Below are positions 35,140 through 48,430 of a DNA stretch of 64,000 nucleotides, one piece after another. Every line of letters begins with the position of its first letter. Positions within the stretch are counted from its first letter, which is position 1. The notes under the pieces are model-generated. The model was not told where the DNA came from, made no database searches, and worked only from the letters and a program-made list of their open reading frames with translations. The translations under genes and the position numbers were made by a program. Source of the stretch: Antechinus flavipes. Its lineage: Eukaryota. The DNA lies in NCBI RefSeq assembly GCF_016432865.1, contig NC_067400.1:338396001-338460000 (forward strand), given 5' to 3'.

Positions 35140-35895
35140 CAAATAAATAAATAACTTTTGTTATTATTTGATAAAGTTGCATAAAGTATTCCTTTGATAA
35201 TTTAATTGGCATAGATTTAAAAATTGTAAATTAACATTGGCAGTATTGTTACTTATTATATTGGCAAAGTCCAGCCACTGGAACTATCTTTAGCTATTTA
35301 AGTTGTTCTTCATTTCTTTCAGAAACACATCGCAATCAAATATATACAAGTATTTTGTATGCTTTGGGAGAATGATCCTCAGATATTTGATATATTTTGT
35401 AGTTATCTGAAATGGGATTTCCCTTTCTTTTTCCCTCTTAAATTTTGTCATTATTTTAATAGTATAAATACTATACATTTTTAAAGGCTTATTTCAGAGT
35501 CTGCAACTTTGCTGAAGCTATTAATTGTCTCAACTATTGTCTTTTCTGATTTCTTGGGATTTTCAAAGTGAACCATCCTACTATCCACAAAAAGGGATAG
35601 TTTTATCTTCTTTTTAACCTACCTTTACACCTTGAATTTTTTCCCATTGTCTTATTGCTTCTGTTAACATTTCTAGAACTTTATCAAATAATAGTGGGGA
35701 AAGTAAATAAAATTATTTAGTTCAATGAATCTGTGATCTCATCAACAAAGGTACTCCCTCCAATGATGCACGTTTCAACCCAACCATGGCAGCTCTATCC
35801 TGTATGACTGTCATTCTAGCCCATTCCAAGTCTTTAAAATATACATTCTATGTTTATTAGAAAAAAAGTTCTAATGTATTCTTATTGCATGTTAG
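35140..35895 (-). mobile_element. L1 ORF2 RT-region fragment, interrupted by a WALLSI4-like SINE (~35706-35850)
   Basis: Antisense reads like TILPKLIY..AIPIKLPKEYF; 62-aa ORF 35290-35478 (REIPFQITTKYIKYLRIILPKHTKYLY) is L1 RT-like. Confidence 0.8.
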
Positions 35896-35899
35896 ATTC

Positions 35900-36460
35900 T
35901 ATTATTATTGAGCTTATACCTCAAGGAATCCACTGACAACAAGAAAGTTCTCATATACAATAAAATATTTATAACAGCACTTTATGTGATAACAAAAAGT
36001 GGAAACAAGATAGATGCTCACCAGTTGGGAAATGGCTAAAAAAATTATGGTTTATAAATATAATGGAATATTACTATCAACAATACACGAATATAGGGAA
36101 GCATGGGAAAATGTACATAAACTGATGCAAAGTGAAGCAAGAAAAGCCAGGAAAACTATGTATAATCATTATGAGAAGAAACATACCCACATATAAGGTG
36201 AATGTCACAAAAATACGGAGAATAAACATGGCTCAACAAAAAGAGATAGAAGAAGATATCTCTAAGTTTGTAGATGAATTGGTCAATTTAACTCATTTTT
36301 TTCCTCTTTTTTTTATGGGAAAGGAAAATGTTTAAAAATATTTGTTATATGATTATATGATATGACTCTCTGGAAGGGGACAGGAAAGAGATGATGGATT
36401 ATAATGATGTAAAAAAAACATCAATAAAAACATTTTTTAAAAGAAACAATAAAAAAATTC
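35900..36460 (+). mobile_element. L1 ORF2 end and 3'UTR
   Basis: gagcttatacctcaaggaa, aaaatatttataacagcactttatgtgataacaaaaagtggaaac, aaactgatgcaaagtgaagcaag, caataaaaacatt tail. Confidence 0.8.
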
Positions 36461-37334
36461 TAGGTATATACTAATGGAAGACACAAGTTGATCAGGCTGT
36501 CCATCAGCTATACCTTACACTTAATGTATAACCAATCCACAATCATATTTAAAAAAATAAGCTTATGTCATTAAAAAAACAAACAAAAAACTAACATTGT
36601 TTTCTTCTAACATTAGCACACTACACTTTTATTTACCCAGATGCTCATGAGGAAAGATCATCCATCAGTTCACAATTTGGATTCCCTTTCCACAAATGTA
36701 CTAATGTTTGATTTAATATTTACCAAGAGGCTACAGCATACCAGGTTCTGTGAAAAAGAAAAAGGAGTAGGGGATAAAATGCAAATGAAGTCATTCCCTA
36801 TTCTCTAGAAATCTAATTGCTCAGTAAACAAGGGCAACCCATTTGAGCAATTGCAACAATTAAGAGGCACTTCACTGCTTGTTGTCTATATTGTTCATGC
36901 TCTGGATTAGAGCCAGAAATAATATTTGTAACCAGCCCGAGTTGACCCCATAGGAGGAGGGACCAAAATTCTGACAGAAGTCTAATCCTACTATCTTTCA
37001 TGAATGAAGGATGTTTTATTTCTTTCAAAAATTTGCAAAGTGCTATTCATATCTATGGGATGATAATGAAGACCTCTGGGTTTGTATTAAAAAAACCTGG
37101 GCTTGGATCCCATTTCTGCCATTTATTAGCTACATGATCTTACATAATTCACAATCTTCCTGAACTTTGATTTCCTTATCAGTAAAATAAGGATTAAAAA
37201 GATATACTACCTACTTTCAAGGCTACTGTGAACTTCAAATGAGCAAATTTTTGTTTAATGCTAAATTATAAAGTGCAATATGAACATGAGATTGTATATT
37301 GCTAGATTACTATGGAACTAAGTCATAGTACTTA

Positions 37335-37510
37335 TTGTTGTCTTTCAATCACTTTTCAGTCATGTCCAATTCTTCATGACCCTATTTGGGGTTTTTATGG
37401 TAAAGATACTGGAATGTTTTGCCATTTCCTCTTCTAGTTCATTTTACAACTCAGGAAGATGAGACTTCCTAAATCCAAACACCACACTCTATTATATCAC
37501 CTAGCTGTCC
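37335..37510 (-). mobile_element. MAR1-type SINE
   Basis: ttttcagtcatgtccaattcttcatgaccctatttgggg...gatactggaatgttttgccatttcc. Confidence 0.75.
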
Positions 37511-37613
37511 CCATGTCACCTACTTATCATTATGTAGCTATTATTATAAGTGCTCACATCTTTCAGGATTGTTCTAACAGAGGTACTAACAGAGTACAGC
37601 ATTTGACAATTTT

Positions 37614-38284
37614 CTTTTTTTTCTGTTCAATTCCTTTTTTTAAGTTTCAAAAGTATTTTATTTTTCCAAACACATGCAAATATAGTTTTCAACATTCATT
37701 TCTGCAAGACTTTGTATTCCAAGTTTTTCTTGCTTCTCCTAACTCCTCCTTCCTCAAGACAGCAAACAATTTGATATAGGTTAAATATGGGCAACTCTTT
37801 CAAACTTATTTCCATGTTTGTCATGCTGTACAAGAAAAATCAGATCAAAAGGGGAAAAGCATGAGAAAGAAAAACAAACAAAGCAAAAAAGTGAAAATAC
37901 TATGCTTAGATCCACATTCAACATCCACAGTTTTCTCTCTCTGGATGCAGATAACATTTTCCATCCCAAATCTATTGGAACTGCCTTGAATCATGGCTTA
38001 CTGAGAAGAGCCAGATACCTCACAGTTGATCATCCCATAATCTCATTGTTACCGTGCATAATGTTCTGTTGGTTCTTCTTATATCACTCAGCATTGTTTC
38101 ATGTAAGTCTTTTCAGACTTTTCTGAGCTTACCCTGCTCATCATTTCTTATAAAAGAATAACATTACATTACATTCACATACCATAACTTATTTATCCAT
38201 TCCCCAATTGATGGGCATGCACTTAATTTCCAGTTTTTTGCCACTACAAAAGGGCTGCTACAAACATTTTTGTACATACAACAA
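37614..38284 (-). mobile_element. 5'-truncated L1 with 11-bp TSD
   Basis: TSD TTGACAATTTT at 37603-37613 and 38285-38295; antisense cattccccaattgatgggcat...tttgccactacaaaagggctgctacaaacatttttgtaca. Confidence 0.85.
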
Positions 38285-38519
38285 TTGACAATTTTTTGCC
38301 ACCAAATAATTTGCCAAAATCCTTACAAGCATTCAGTTAATCATACTTCACTTAATTATAAATATAATAGACTCAAAGTCTTAGTCTTGTTTCCTTTCTA
38401 CCCTTTTCCATGGTGTACTTTTCCTTCCTGATCATTGTAAAACTCATACAGCTTTCCCATTTCAGTAGAACCAAGTGGAATCAAGATTATATATGCTTGT
38501 TCTTCCTTTTTCCTCCTTC

Positions 38520-39960
38520 CATTTCTTTTTATTTTTAAAACATTTTATCAATATCTGTTGTCTTGATATTAGAGTCATTTCATTTCCAACATTTGAAGCT
38601 TCTCATGTGATAAAGAAAAAAGTAAGCAAAAGCATCTAATACAGTGATTGTATCTGATATTGTATATAGTATTCTAAGAAGTTGTCTACCTCTCTGTCAT
38701 GAAGGACATATGTTTCATTAGATATTCTCCAGAACTATGACTGATTCCCTTTTTAGATTGAATTTATTAAATTTTTTCTCTTTATATTGGTCATTTCTCA
38801 ATAGTCCCTTCATATTGTTGAACTCTTCTTCTAAAGAACAAAAATAACTAAACAAAGATATCTGATAGAATACTCTTGGCCAACAACATACGCAAACATA
38901 CTCTCCTGATAGTCTCCCACTTTTCTGCTATGGAAGAATTATGTGTCTTTTCTTTAGCATTCTCACTGGTCTTCTGATTACTCAGAATTCAATTTCCTTT
39001 TACAATAATGATCATTTCATTTATATTATTATAATAATAGTATATTTTGTTCTCTTGCTTTTATTTATTATTCTCTACATCAGTTCATACAAATCTTGCT
39101 TTTCTTTTAATTACTTGTCATTTTTTTGCTATCTAATACTTTGCCACTAAATTTATATACCATGAGGTTTCATTTTTTTTCTAATTAATGGACACCTACT
39201 TGTTTCCAATCCTTTGCACTACACACAACAAAAGTGTTGCTATTAAAATTTTGGCACACATTGCAATTTTGTTCCTATCTTGGACCACTTTATGTTATAT
39301 TCCCCATAATATAATTACTGGGTCAATTGTTATGGATAGTTTTGTCACTTTTTTATATAATTTCAAAATGACATATAGAATATTACTACTGTATAGCTCC
39401 TCTAACTGCATATCAAGTGATATCTTGAAAAATGAAGGTATAAAGAAATAATTATAAAAATAATTAATAATTATATGAAAAAGAATGATAAAGGTAGGAT
39501 TTCTGGGGTGCAGCTAAAGTATTCCTTTTAGGTAAAATTTTTTCTATGAGCATATATATTAAGAAAATAGAGAAAGTATAAATAAATTTAATGTTATTTA
39601 AAATATTGGAAAATCAACAAATAAGCAAACCCAAAGTAAGTACTAAAGAGGAAATCTTGAAATTGGGGGAAAAAAAATAAAGGGTTGATAGAATTGATAA
39701 ACCAAGCTTAAAAAACTGGTTCTTTGAAGGGGGAGAAAACTAACATAAATAAAACATTCTTGAACTTAATACAAAAGAAAAAGGTAGAATGTCAAATGAA
39801 CAAAATGAAAATAAGTGCAAAATTACTACAATGAAGAAACAAAAGTAATTGTCAAAACCATAGTATTTTAGTATATCTATCTTCCTCCAGTCCATAATTT
39901 TTGGCATTTCTGCCAATTTGTATAATGTGAGGTGAAATTGTGTTGTTTTTATATTTTTAT
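38520..39960. mobile_element. Cluster of old L1 fragments in both orientations
   Basis: Antisense 3' end at ~38520-39420; sense ORF2 piece at ~39550-39870 (aactggttctttgaa); antisense piece at ~39870-39960. Confidence 0.6.
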
Positions 39961-40536
39961 GTATATCCTTCACCTCCTTTCCATCCCTTCCTTTTTAACA
40001 AGTTCTTATAAATTATTTCTTTGTAGCCATAATATCTCGACTTTTTTTTTCCAAAATCTTGACTAGTCCATTCCTAAGGTCTTTTGGAGACTAAATGCTG
40101 CTGAGTCTCCCTCTCCTCTGATCATTTTCTTGTATGGATTCTGCCTCTCCCACCTCAAATACCCCTTGTTTTCTGAAGCAATTTGCTGTATAAAATTCTC
40201 CACATAAAGCTATAGAGGTCTATGAGACTGGAAGGAAAGAAAATAATAATAACCTTATGTGATAGTCAAGAAAACTGAGGCACTCAGATAGGTTATGACT
40301 TGTCCAAATCACATATTAAGTTAGTAAAGGAAGAAAGTTCCCAATCTCTGCGCTCAGCTCAGAGTTCTCTCCACTATAAAATATTCATAATATTTGATAC
40401 ATATGACATTTTGAGATTGGAAAGCACTTCACATATACTATTATGTCTCAACTTCACAACAATTCTTTGAATTAGGGACTTAACAGATGACGAAGCTGAG
40501 AGTCAGAGAGTTTAAATGATTAGTCCATAGTTTATA

Positions 40537-40738
40537 TCAATGGTGTCAAAATCAAGTACAAAAAGGGCCATTAAACTATACATAAGAATCCCTGATGGTA
40601 CATATTGCCTTTTTCAAAAAACCAATAACATTATCTATATTTTATTGTATTTTTATTTATTCTGCCAAATATTTCCCAATTACATTTTAATCTGGGTACA
40701 TTCTAGGGTATTGTGGGCTGTGTATTTGATATCTCTGG
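40537..40738 (+). mobile_element. hAT MITE (marsupial, MER45-like ends)
   Basis: ggtgtcaaaatc ... tatttgatatctctg termini; internal aaatatttcccaattacattttaat is shared with the antisense copy at ~46760-46950. Confidence 0.6.
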
Positions 40739-43700
40739 TTTCCACAACTAGAAAGGAGAAGAGTTACAATTCAGATACAAGTCTCCTGATTCTAATTCTA
40801 AAGTTCTTTTTACTATAAGACATTAATAACAACTGGTATTTATGAAACATTTTAAGGTTGGCAATGTGTTTGAGTTACACTGTCATATTGTATGATCTTA
40901 ATACTTCTAAAAGGTGGGTACTAATAGGTTTTATTATTCCCATTTTATAGATACAGAAATTGAGACTCAAACATGTTAAATAATCAGCCCTTAGTGAAAA
41001 CTAATAAAGGATATGAGGTAGGATCCAAGACTTGATATTCTAGCTCCAACTTCAGTGTGACTCCTCAACACTGAGCACATTTACCCATCATTTTAAAAGG
41101 GAAATCATCTGCATCATCCCATTTACAACTTGAAATCCATATCTAAATTCCAGGAAATATGAACTGTGCTGCAAAGCAGCTAAAACTTTACTGGAATGCC
41201 AATCTTCATGCATATGTGGACCATGCTAAAAATGTAAGTTTTCTCATCAAAGTTTTTTGCATTACTTACAGAGTTCTTGTGGTCTTAACTTGGGCTGAGG
41301 CTGTATTGGTCCAGGGCCCTTGTTTTGCAAGTGCTTTCTCCAATCTGTTCTTAAGCTATGAGGTGAGAAGAATTTGCAATGAGGTACAGCCTCATTGCTC
41401 TAACAGCAATTTTCTCCATTTGTTATCTACAATGTTTGGTCCTTAAATTATCTCAACAAGCCCTGCTGACATCATCCCTGGAATTAATGAAGCTCAGCAC
41501 AACCTGCTAATCTCCCAGCCAGGGGAGGGGGAAAGAATTTGGGTTTGCAGAGCCAAAAGACAAGTTCATAAATTTTCATTAAATTACTAGATGTTTGTAA
41601 TTTATAGCCGGGCCAAGATGGCTTGGGTCTCTAAGGAACTGAAAAATGCTCTGTAGAAATGGCTTAATAGTAGAGAGAATGATGGAAGTGTTAATTTGAT
41701 GATTTTGTGGCTTTTTCAGACATTGAGGTGCTATACAATAGGATGTTCATGATCCTGTGATAATGGGACACCTCCAGGGTATAATGGGGTAGGGACAGAA
41801 GTAGGGAAGAGACTATTAGGTGAGGGGACTTTAAAATTTTTAACGATCTATGATTTCACTTTGATGGGCACAATGCATCCATGCCTTAGCACATCAAAGG
41901 ATCCCAGATTTCAGGGATGGAAGAGCCCTTCCAGGCCATGTTATCTAGTCCCCTTGCATTACGATCAGTATATGGAAATCTAGAGCAGGAAAGTGAATTT
42001 GCCCAATGTTGCACAAAGAAGTGGTCTATTCCCTAGACACAAGGAGAAAATTAGTGATAGAATGTCAGTAAGAAAAACTGTGGAGAATAAGGAAAACTAA
42101 GTAAGCAAGGTTAGTTTCAGGATAAAGAGGGGAGATCCAGCAAGTATTCAGCACTGAATATTTGAGATTTCAACACCAGCCTTCATTTGTAATGTCTTCA
42201 GTGTCTCATTGCTGTGGGTTATGTATATTTATAACACACAAGTGAAAGTGGGAAACATAAGGAGAGGTATTTCATCAGATGGTAGATTTAGAGCTAGAAG
42301 GTATCTATTTGTAATTTAAACTTAATAGGGACATGGGAGATCCCACTCTAACCTCTTTATATTCAGATGAAGAAACTGAAAACTAAAGGGGTTACTGAAT
42401 CTTATTGCACAATCTAGGGGGGAAATGCTGGAAGGCTCAAGAAATTAAAGTTAATGAAAAATTATATATACCTACATATAATATTTATATAGTTATAGAT
42501 TATATTACATAACATATATGTTGTACATTTTATATATTGTATATTATGTATTATGTTTATATATATTTACATGTTTATATATAATAATTTTTACATAGAG
42601 CTAATTCACCATCAAGGAAGAATCCATCCTAATCTAGCCCAGAGAATTAAGTGATTTACTCAGTCATATAATTGGCAGAACTAGGATTTGAATCCAGATT
42701 TACAGACTTCAAATTCAGCACTCCTCCTGCACTATGCTACCAATCCACAAGAATTGCTGTGACCTAGGTTATGTTACTATATTTGATTTCAATACTGCAT
42801 TTCATAAGATTTTTTTAACATGGAAGATTAAAAAATATAATTTGGGGGGGGAATTTTACATAGAAATCAGAGGCAATGGAAAATAACAACCTGACCTAGT
42901 ATGAAGGGCACTGATTTAGATTCTGAGGAGATATCCTTCCTAATACTTCCAGCTTTAACATTCTGATTGTCATAAATATAGACATATCACTTTGGAGAAG
43001 TATTAAAGGTACTGAAAATGGGAGAAGGCTGCATATAAATTATGCAGTGCTGAAAAGTTACTGAGTCTTCCCCCTTCAGCCTGAAACTACCCATGCCTCC
43101 TTTTGCTCCCCAGCTTTCCACAAGATTTTCCTCACAGGCTTCTTCTTGTCAACATTCCCTTTATGTCCATGAAATTAAATGGAGAAATAGGGCTCTTCTA
43201 TCACCTGAGAGTGATTCTTATGCTTTAACAGCTCTTACTTGGAATCCACCAATCCAACAGGAGCTTCTTTTGCTGGCATTTCACAATTAAACAATAAGGT
43301 ACAGGCCAGGGAGGCTGGGGCAGGAGGCCTGTTGGCCAAATGAGCCATAATCTGCTGCCAGGTTATTATCTCTTGATAAATACTCCTCTTGGAATCTCTC
43401 ACTGCTATTACAAAAAGTCATCTTGGTGGGAAGGAAAAAAAAAAAAACTCTTGGCAAGAGACAAATATTCAGTTTACATTGTTGAGCAGTTAAGTCAGCA
43501 GCCAATTACATACATTAATCTATCTTAAGAGGGCCCTGCTCCTTCCAAGATTCCCGGAAAGCTCCTGATGACAGCAAAGGTCAACAATAGTTTAGTGAAG
43601 AGGGTGGGAGAAGAGAGGAGAAAGAGGAGGGACACAAATAACTTTATTCTTTGGTTCCAATAAAAACACAATGCAAAATATGAAATCATATTGTAATCAG

Positions 43701-45328
43701 ATGACCAAAGGCTGATCCTTACTCACAAGATTATCTCCCTGGGATTCATTAAGAAGCAAGGCAGAGTATTGTGTGTGTGTGTTTTTTAATCACTTTTTAG
43801 AGGTCAAATTTATTTCTTTCTGAGTGTCAAGACAATGATATCACTGAGAACCATTCCTCTAAATTAGAAGGGACCTTGGAGATCATCTACTTCAGCCTCC
43901 TCATTTTCAGATGAAGAAACTGAAGCCCAAAGAGGTGATTGAATTTCATTGCACTATCTAGGGGAAAAAACGCTGGAAGACAAGGAATGAAAGCTAATGG
44001 CAAATTATATAATTCACCATCAAGTAAGAATTCACCCTATTCTAGTACCAAGGTTTTTTCCAACACTGAATAATAACTAGCTAAAATTATTTTTAAGCAA
44101 GATCATATGCGGCTTTCTGAAATGAAAGATTTTTGCCTTTCTGTGGGTTACTCATTTTCCATGGAAGAATTGTATTGTATACTTAGCACATAGCAAAAAC
44201 CCAGAATCCAGCACATTTCTTTCAGGCAGAAAAGCCTGGGGGTATGAACATGTATGGACAAAGGAATGTAAGAAATCCAGCCTCCACATCCACATTCTGC
44301 AAATAGCACATTCTAGGGACTCTTGGAGGTGACATTGTTTAATCACCTGTTTCAAAACCAGGACTCCCTATAGAGAAAAATCCTTGTCTGCTTTTCAAAG
44401 GCCAGTGGGGAAAATATTCTGGAATATCTACCTGATAGAATCCCCCCATTCCTTCAAAGCCAGCTCCGGCAGCCCCTATTACTCAAAACTTTTATTTTCC
44501 CCAAGTTATTAACATTCTCCTCCTCTTAGAATAATTTTATTTGACTTCATAGCTATTTTGTAGTTTCTTGTACATCTGTGGATGCAATTTGGGACCTGAA
44601 ATCAGGAAGTCCTGAGTTCCAATCTGACCTTAGACATTTAGATACTTAGACATGTGACCCTGGGCAAGAATCTTTAGTTCAATTTCTTCATCAGAAAAAT
44701 AATAGCCACCAACTCTTAGGTCTGATAAAATGAGGTAATATTTGTATAAAATTTTGTAAATCCTGGAGTGTCATATGCTAAATACTACTTAATATCACCA
44801 TTGCCTTCATTATTATTATCGATATCGTTTGCCCTCATAAGATATAAATAATTTCTTTGGCAACAGCTATTGAATTTTTTGTCCTTAAATCACCAAAAAA
44901 TTAGTATATTGCCTTGTACACAGTAGGTATTTTACATGTTTTCTAAATTGACCTGCTGAAGTGATTTGTGGCAAAATGGAATGCCAATAAAGGGGCAATT
45001 AATCGATAGAATATCAAAGTAATAGAAGGGGAAGGACAGAATTTTCATGCTGTGTGATAAATACTTTTTACAAACATTATTTTATTTGATCCTCATAATA
45101 ACCCTGGGAGGTAAGTGCTATTATGACTTTTACAACTTTACAATTGAAGAGACTGAGGAAGACAGAGGTCAAGAGGCTTGCCCAGTAGTCACACAAGTGA
45201 CTATTAAGTGTCTGTGCCAGATTTGAATTCAGGCCTTCTTAACTTCAGACCCAGTATTCTCTCTCTCCTGTGACACTTAGCTACCTTGAAAAATTAAGGG
45301 GGAAAATGCCTAGAAAAACATGCTGGTT

Positions 45329-46189
45329 CACCTGTCAGATTGGCTAGAATGACAGGGAAAGATAATGTGGAATGTTGGAGGGGATGTGGGAAAACAGGGA
45401 CACTGATACACTATTGGTGGAATTGTGAACACATCCAGCCATTCTGGAGAGCAATTTGGAACTATGCTCAAAAAGTTATCAACTGTGCATACCCTTTGAT
45501 CCAGCAGTGTTTCTACTGGGCTTATACCCCAAAGAGATACTAAAGAAGGGAAAGGGACCTGTATGTGCCAAAATGTTTGTGGCAGCCCTGTTTGTAGTGG
45601 CTAGAAGCTGGAAAATGAAAGGATGTCCATCAATTGGAGAATAGTTGAGTAAATTGTGGTATATGAACGTCATGGAATATTATTGTTCTGTAAGGAATGA
45701 CCAGCAGGATGAATACAGAGAGGACTGGCGAGACTTACATGAACTGATGCTAAGTGAAACGAGCAGAACCAGGAGATCATTATATACAGAATATATATAT
45801 ATATTCTGATGGAAGTGGATCTCTTCAATAAAGAGAATTAATTCAGATCAAAGATGGACAGAAGCAGCTACACCCAAAGAAAGAACACTGGGAAATGAAT
45901 ATAAACTGCTTGCATTTTTGTTTTTCATCCCGGGTTATTTATACCTTCTGAATCCAATTCTCCCTGTGCAATAAGAGAACTGTTTGGTTCTGCACACATA
46001 TATTGTATCTAGGATATACTGTAACCTATTCAACATGTAAAGGACTGCTTGCCATCTGGGAGAGGGGGTGGAGGGAGAGAGGGGAAAAATCGGAACAGAA
46101 GTGAATGCAAGGGATAATGCTGTAAAAAAAAAAAATTACCCTGGCATGGGTTCTATCAATAAAAAGTTATTTAAAAAAAAAAAAAAGAA
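45329..46189 (+). mobile_element. Young 5'-truncated dasyurid-type L1 with 17-bp TSD
   Basis: ORF2 C-terminus (MTGKDNVECWRGCGKTGTLIH.../LCIPFDPAVFLLGLYPKEILKKGKGPVCAKMFVAALFVVA) with one frameshift, then 3'UTR, AATAAA and poly(A). TSD AGAAAAACATGCTGGTT (45312-45328) vs AGAAAAACGTGCTGGTT (46190-46206). Confidence 0.97.
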
Positions 46190-46759
46190 AGAAAAACGTG
46201 CTGGTTTTTTGTTTCCCAATTTCTGGTTTATTGGGGAATCAGATGATTTCTTATTCTATCAAGGAGCATTTCAGATTTGGATCTACCAGAGCAGATAAAA
46301 GATGTGAGAAAGAAGAACTCACATCTACTTACATCCATCTCCATTCTTAAACAACAGTCAGCTCTATTATTGACTATAATGGAAATTTAATTAAGAAGCT
46401 TTTTAATGAGCATCTTAAGAAAGTGCTGCATTTTTAATGTAGATAAATATTGTCTTAGACATAGAGCAGTAGGATTCCCAACTTTTTTGAAGTCTCAGTT
46501 CATGTATCACCATATGGTTTCCCTTGCTATAAGTACTTTCTCCATCCTCAACTCATCACATGTTTGTTTGCATGTTTCTAAACAATATGGCACCAAACAA
46601 TTCCAAGAAAAATGTAAACTCCCTGAGGGCAGAAAATATTTTTCATTTGTCTTTGCATTCCAGATTCCTATTACATAAAAGGTACTTGAAAAATGCTTGC
46701 TTTATCAAATTGTTCTTAACCAGAAGTATCAAAAGCATAGCCACTATGCCTTATCGCTG

Positions 46760-46950
46760 ATAATAGCACTTCAGAGTATTCCAAGAATAAAATTAAAATG
46801 TAATTGGGAAATATTTAACAAAATAGTTAAAATGCAATAAGATATAAATAATGTCAATATTTTATTTTCTAAGTAAACATGCATCTAGCAAGGATCCTTC
46901 TGTGTGCTTTAGTAGTTCCCATTCCCATTTTGAGTTGGATATCAAAGATC
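46760..46950 (-). mobile_element. hAT MITE, same family as 40537-40738
   Basis: attaaaatgtaattgggaaatatttaacaaaat...aaggatcc...tttgagttggatatc. Confidence 0.55.
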
Positions 46951-48189
46951 TTAACAATGCTGAACGATTAATACTCACAAATAAGCATTATAAGTGCTAT
47001 CATCTTCTCCATAATGTGCAGTCTTAAGAATGTGTATGACTGCACATTACTTCTACCTCCCATACATGCACACACATACAGTCACACATGTAAACAAAAC
47101 AACCAGAAAGTGATCAAACTATTTCTCTTTCCCTCTTGATGTTTCTGACATTTTATAGCTAAAAGTAGAGTTCTGGCAGAAGGTGTCTAGTAATTACAGC
47201 AGACTTCAAGTCAAGTACCAGGCAAAACATGTTCTAGACTGATACAGATGTTCTCAGATCAAAATCACATCTCTGCAGAGAACTGTATGACATACGTAAA
47301 TGTTGGAATATCAACTCTAAAATTTGTATTATGCTTGTAGGAGGGAAGAAAAAATCAAAGAAACTAGCCAGCTTGGTGAAGTTCCCAATCAAGAATGTCA
47401 AAAAAATTAACTAATTGTAAATCAAATTATCAAATTATCAAACCATCCTTGTTTGCTTACCATAATTACTGCACATTCCCTTTTTCTCATTAGAGAAGGT
47501 AGGAAGAAGCTAGAGACATAGTTTCTTAATCTTTGGCCAACCAGTCCCAATGCCAGAAATTTTATTATCAAGGATCAAATTATTCATATTCATAATTTCA
47601 TAATAATATTCATAATCACATGTGGAATTTTCACATACAGTAGAAAGAACACAACATTTGGCATAAGAAAACTTGAGTTCAAATCCTAGCTCTTTGAGTG
47701 AACCTTAAATGAGTCACTTAAATATTTTGAACTTTAGTTTCTTCTTTATCTGCAAAATTAATTTAGACTTGGATGATCTCTAAAGTTCCTTCTGTCTCCA
47801 AATCCTATGATCCTATGAACCAAGAAAATATTAACAATTAATATGTACAATGGGATTTAAAATCTGCAAAGGCCTTTGTATGTTTGATGTCACAGAGCTT
47901 TACAGTAACCCTTGGGGTATACATAAGGAATCTGAGCCCCCGGGGTTAACACAGCTGCTGGGAATGCCTGATACGGATTTCAACTCAGGTCACCATAGTT
48001 CTTTGTACAATACCATTCTAGGAAAAAGGAAGGTGAGGAAATGGGTCAAGTAGAAACAAGAAAAACCTCACAGTGGCTCAGAGAACTGAGATTGCCAGAG
48101 AGAGAGAGAGGGAAGCGCCCTAAAGCCTAAAGTAGAAGACACTGAGATAAGAGGTATTGAATCAGACCAGTAATATATTTATTGTTCAG

Positions 48190-48430
48190 TAATTGTCAGT
48201 TATGTAACACTTCATGATCCCATTTGGAGTTTTTATGACAAAGATAATAGAATGGTTTTCTACTTCTTTTTCCAGTCCATTTTACAGATGAGGAAACTGA
48301 GGCAAATAGGAGTAAGTGCTTGCCCAGAGTCACACAGCTAAATAAGTGTCTGAGGACAAATTTGAATTCATGAAGATGTCTTCCTGACTCCAGATCCTTT
48401 CTTTCATCCACTGGGCCACCTCACTGCCCT
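48190..48430 (-). mobile_element. MAR1-type SINE
   Basis: cacttcatgatcccatttggagttttt...cattttacagatgaggaaactgaggcaaatagg...gacttgcc-like core and tRNA-like head. Confidence 0.8.
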
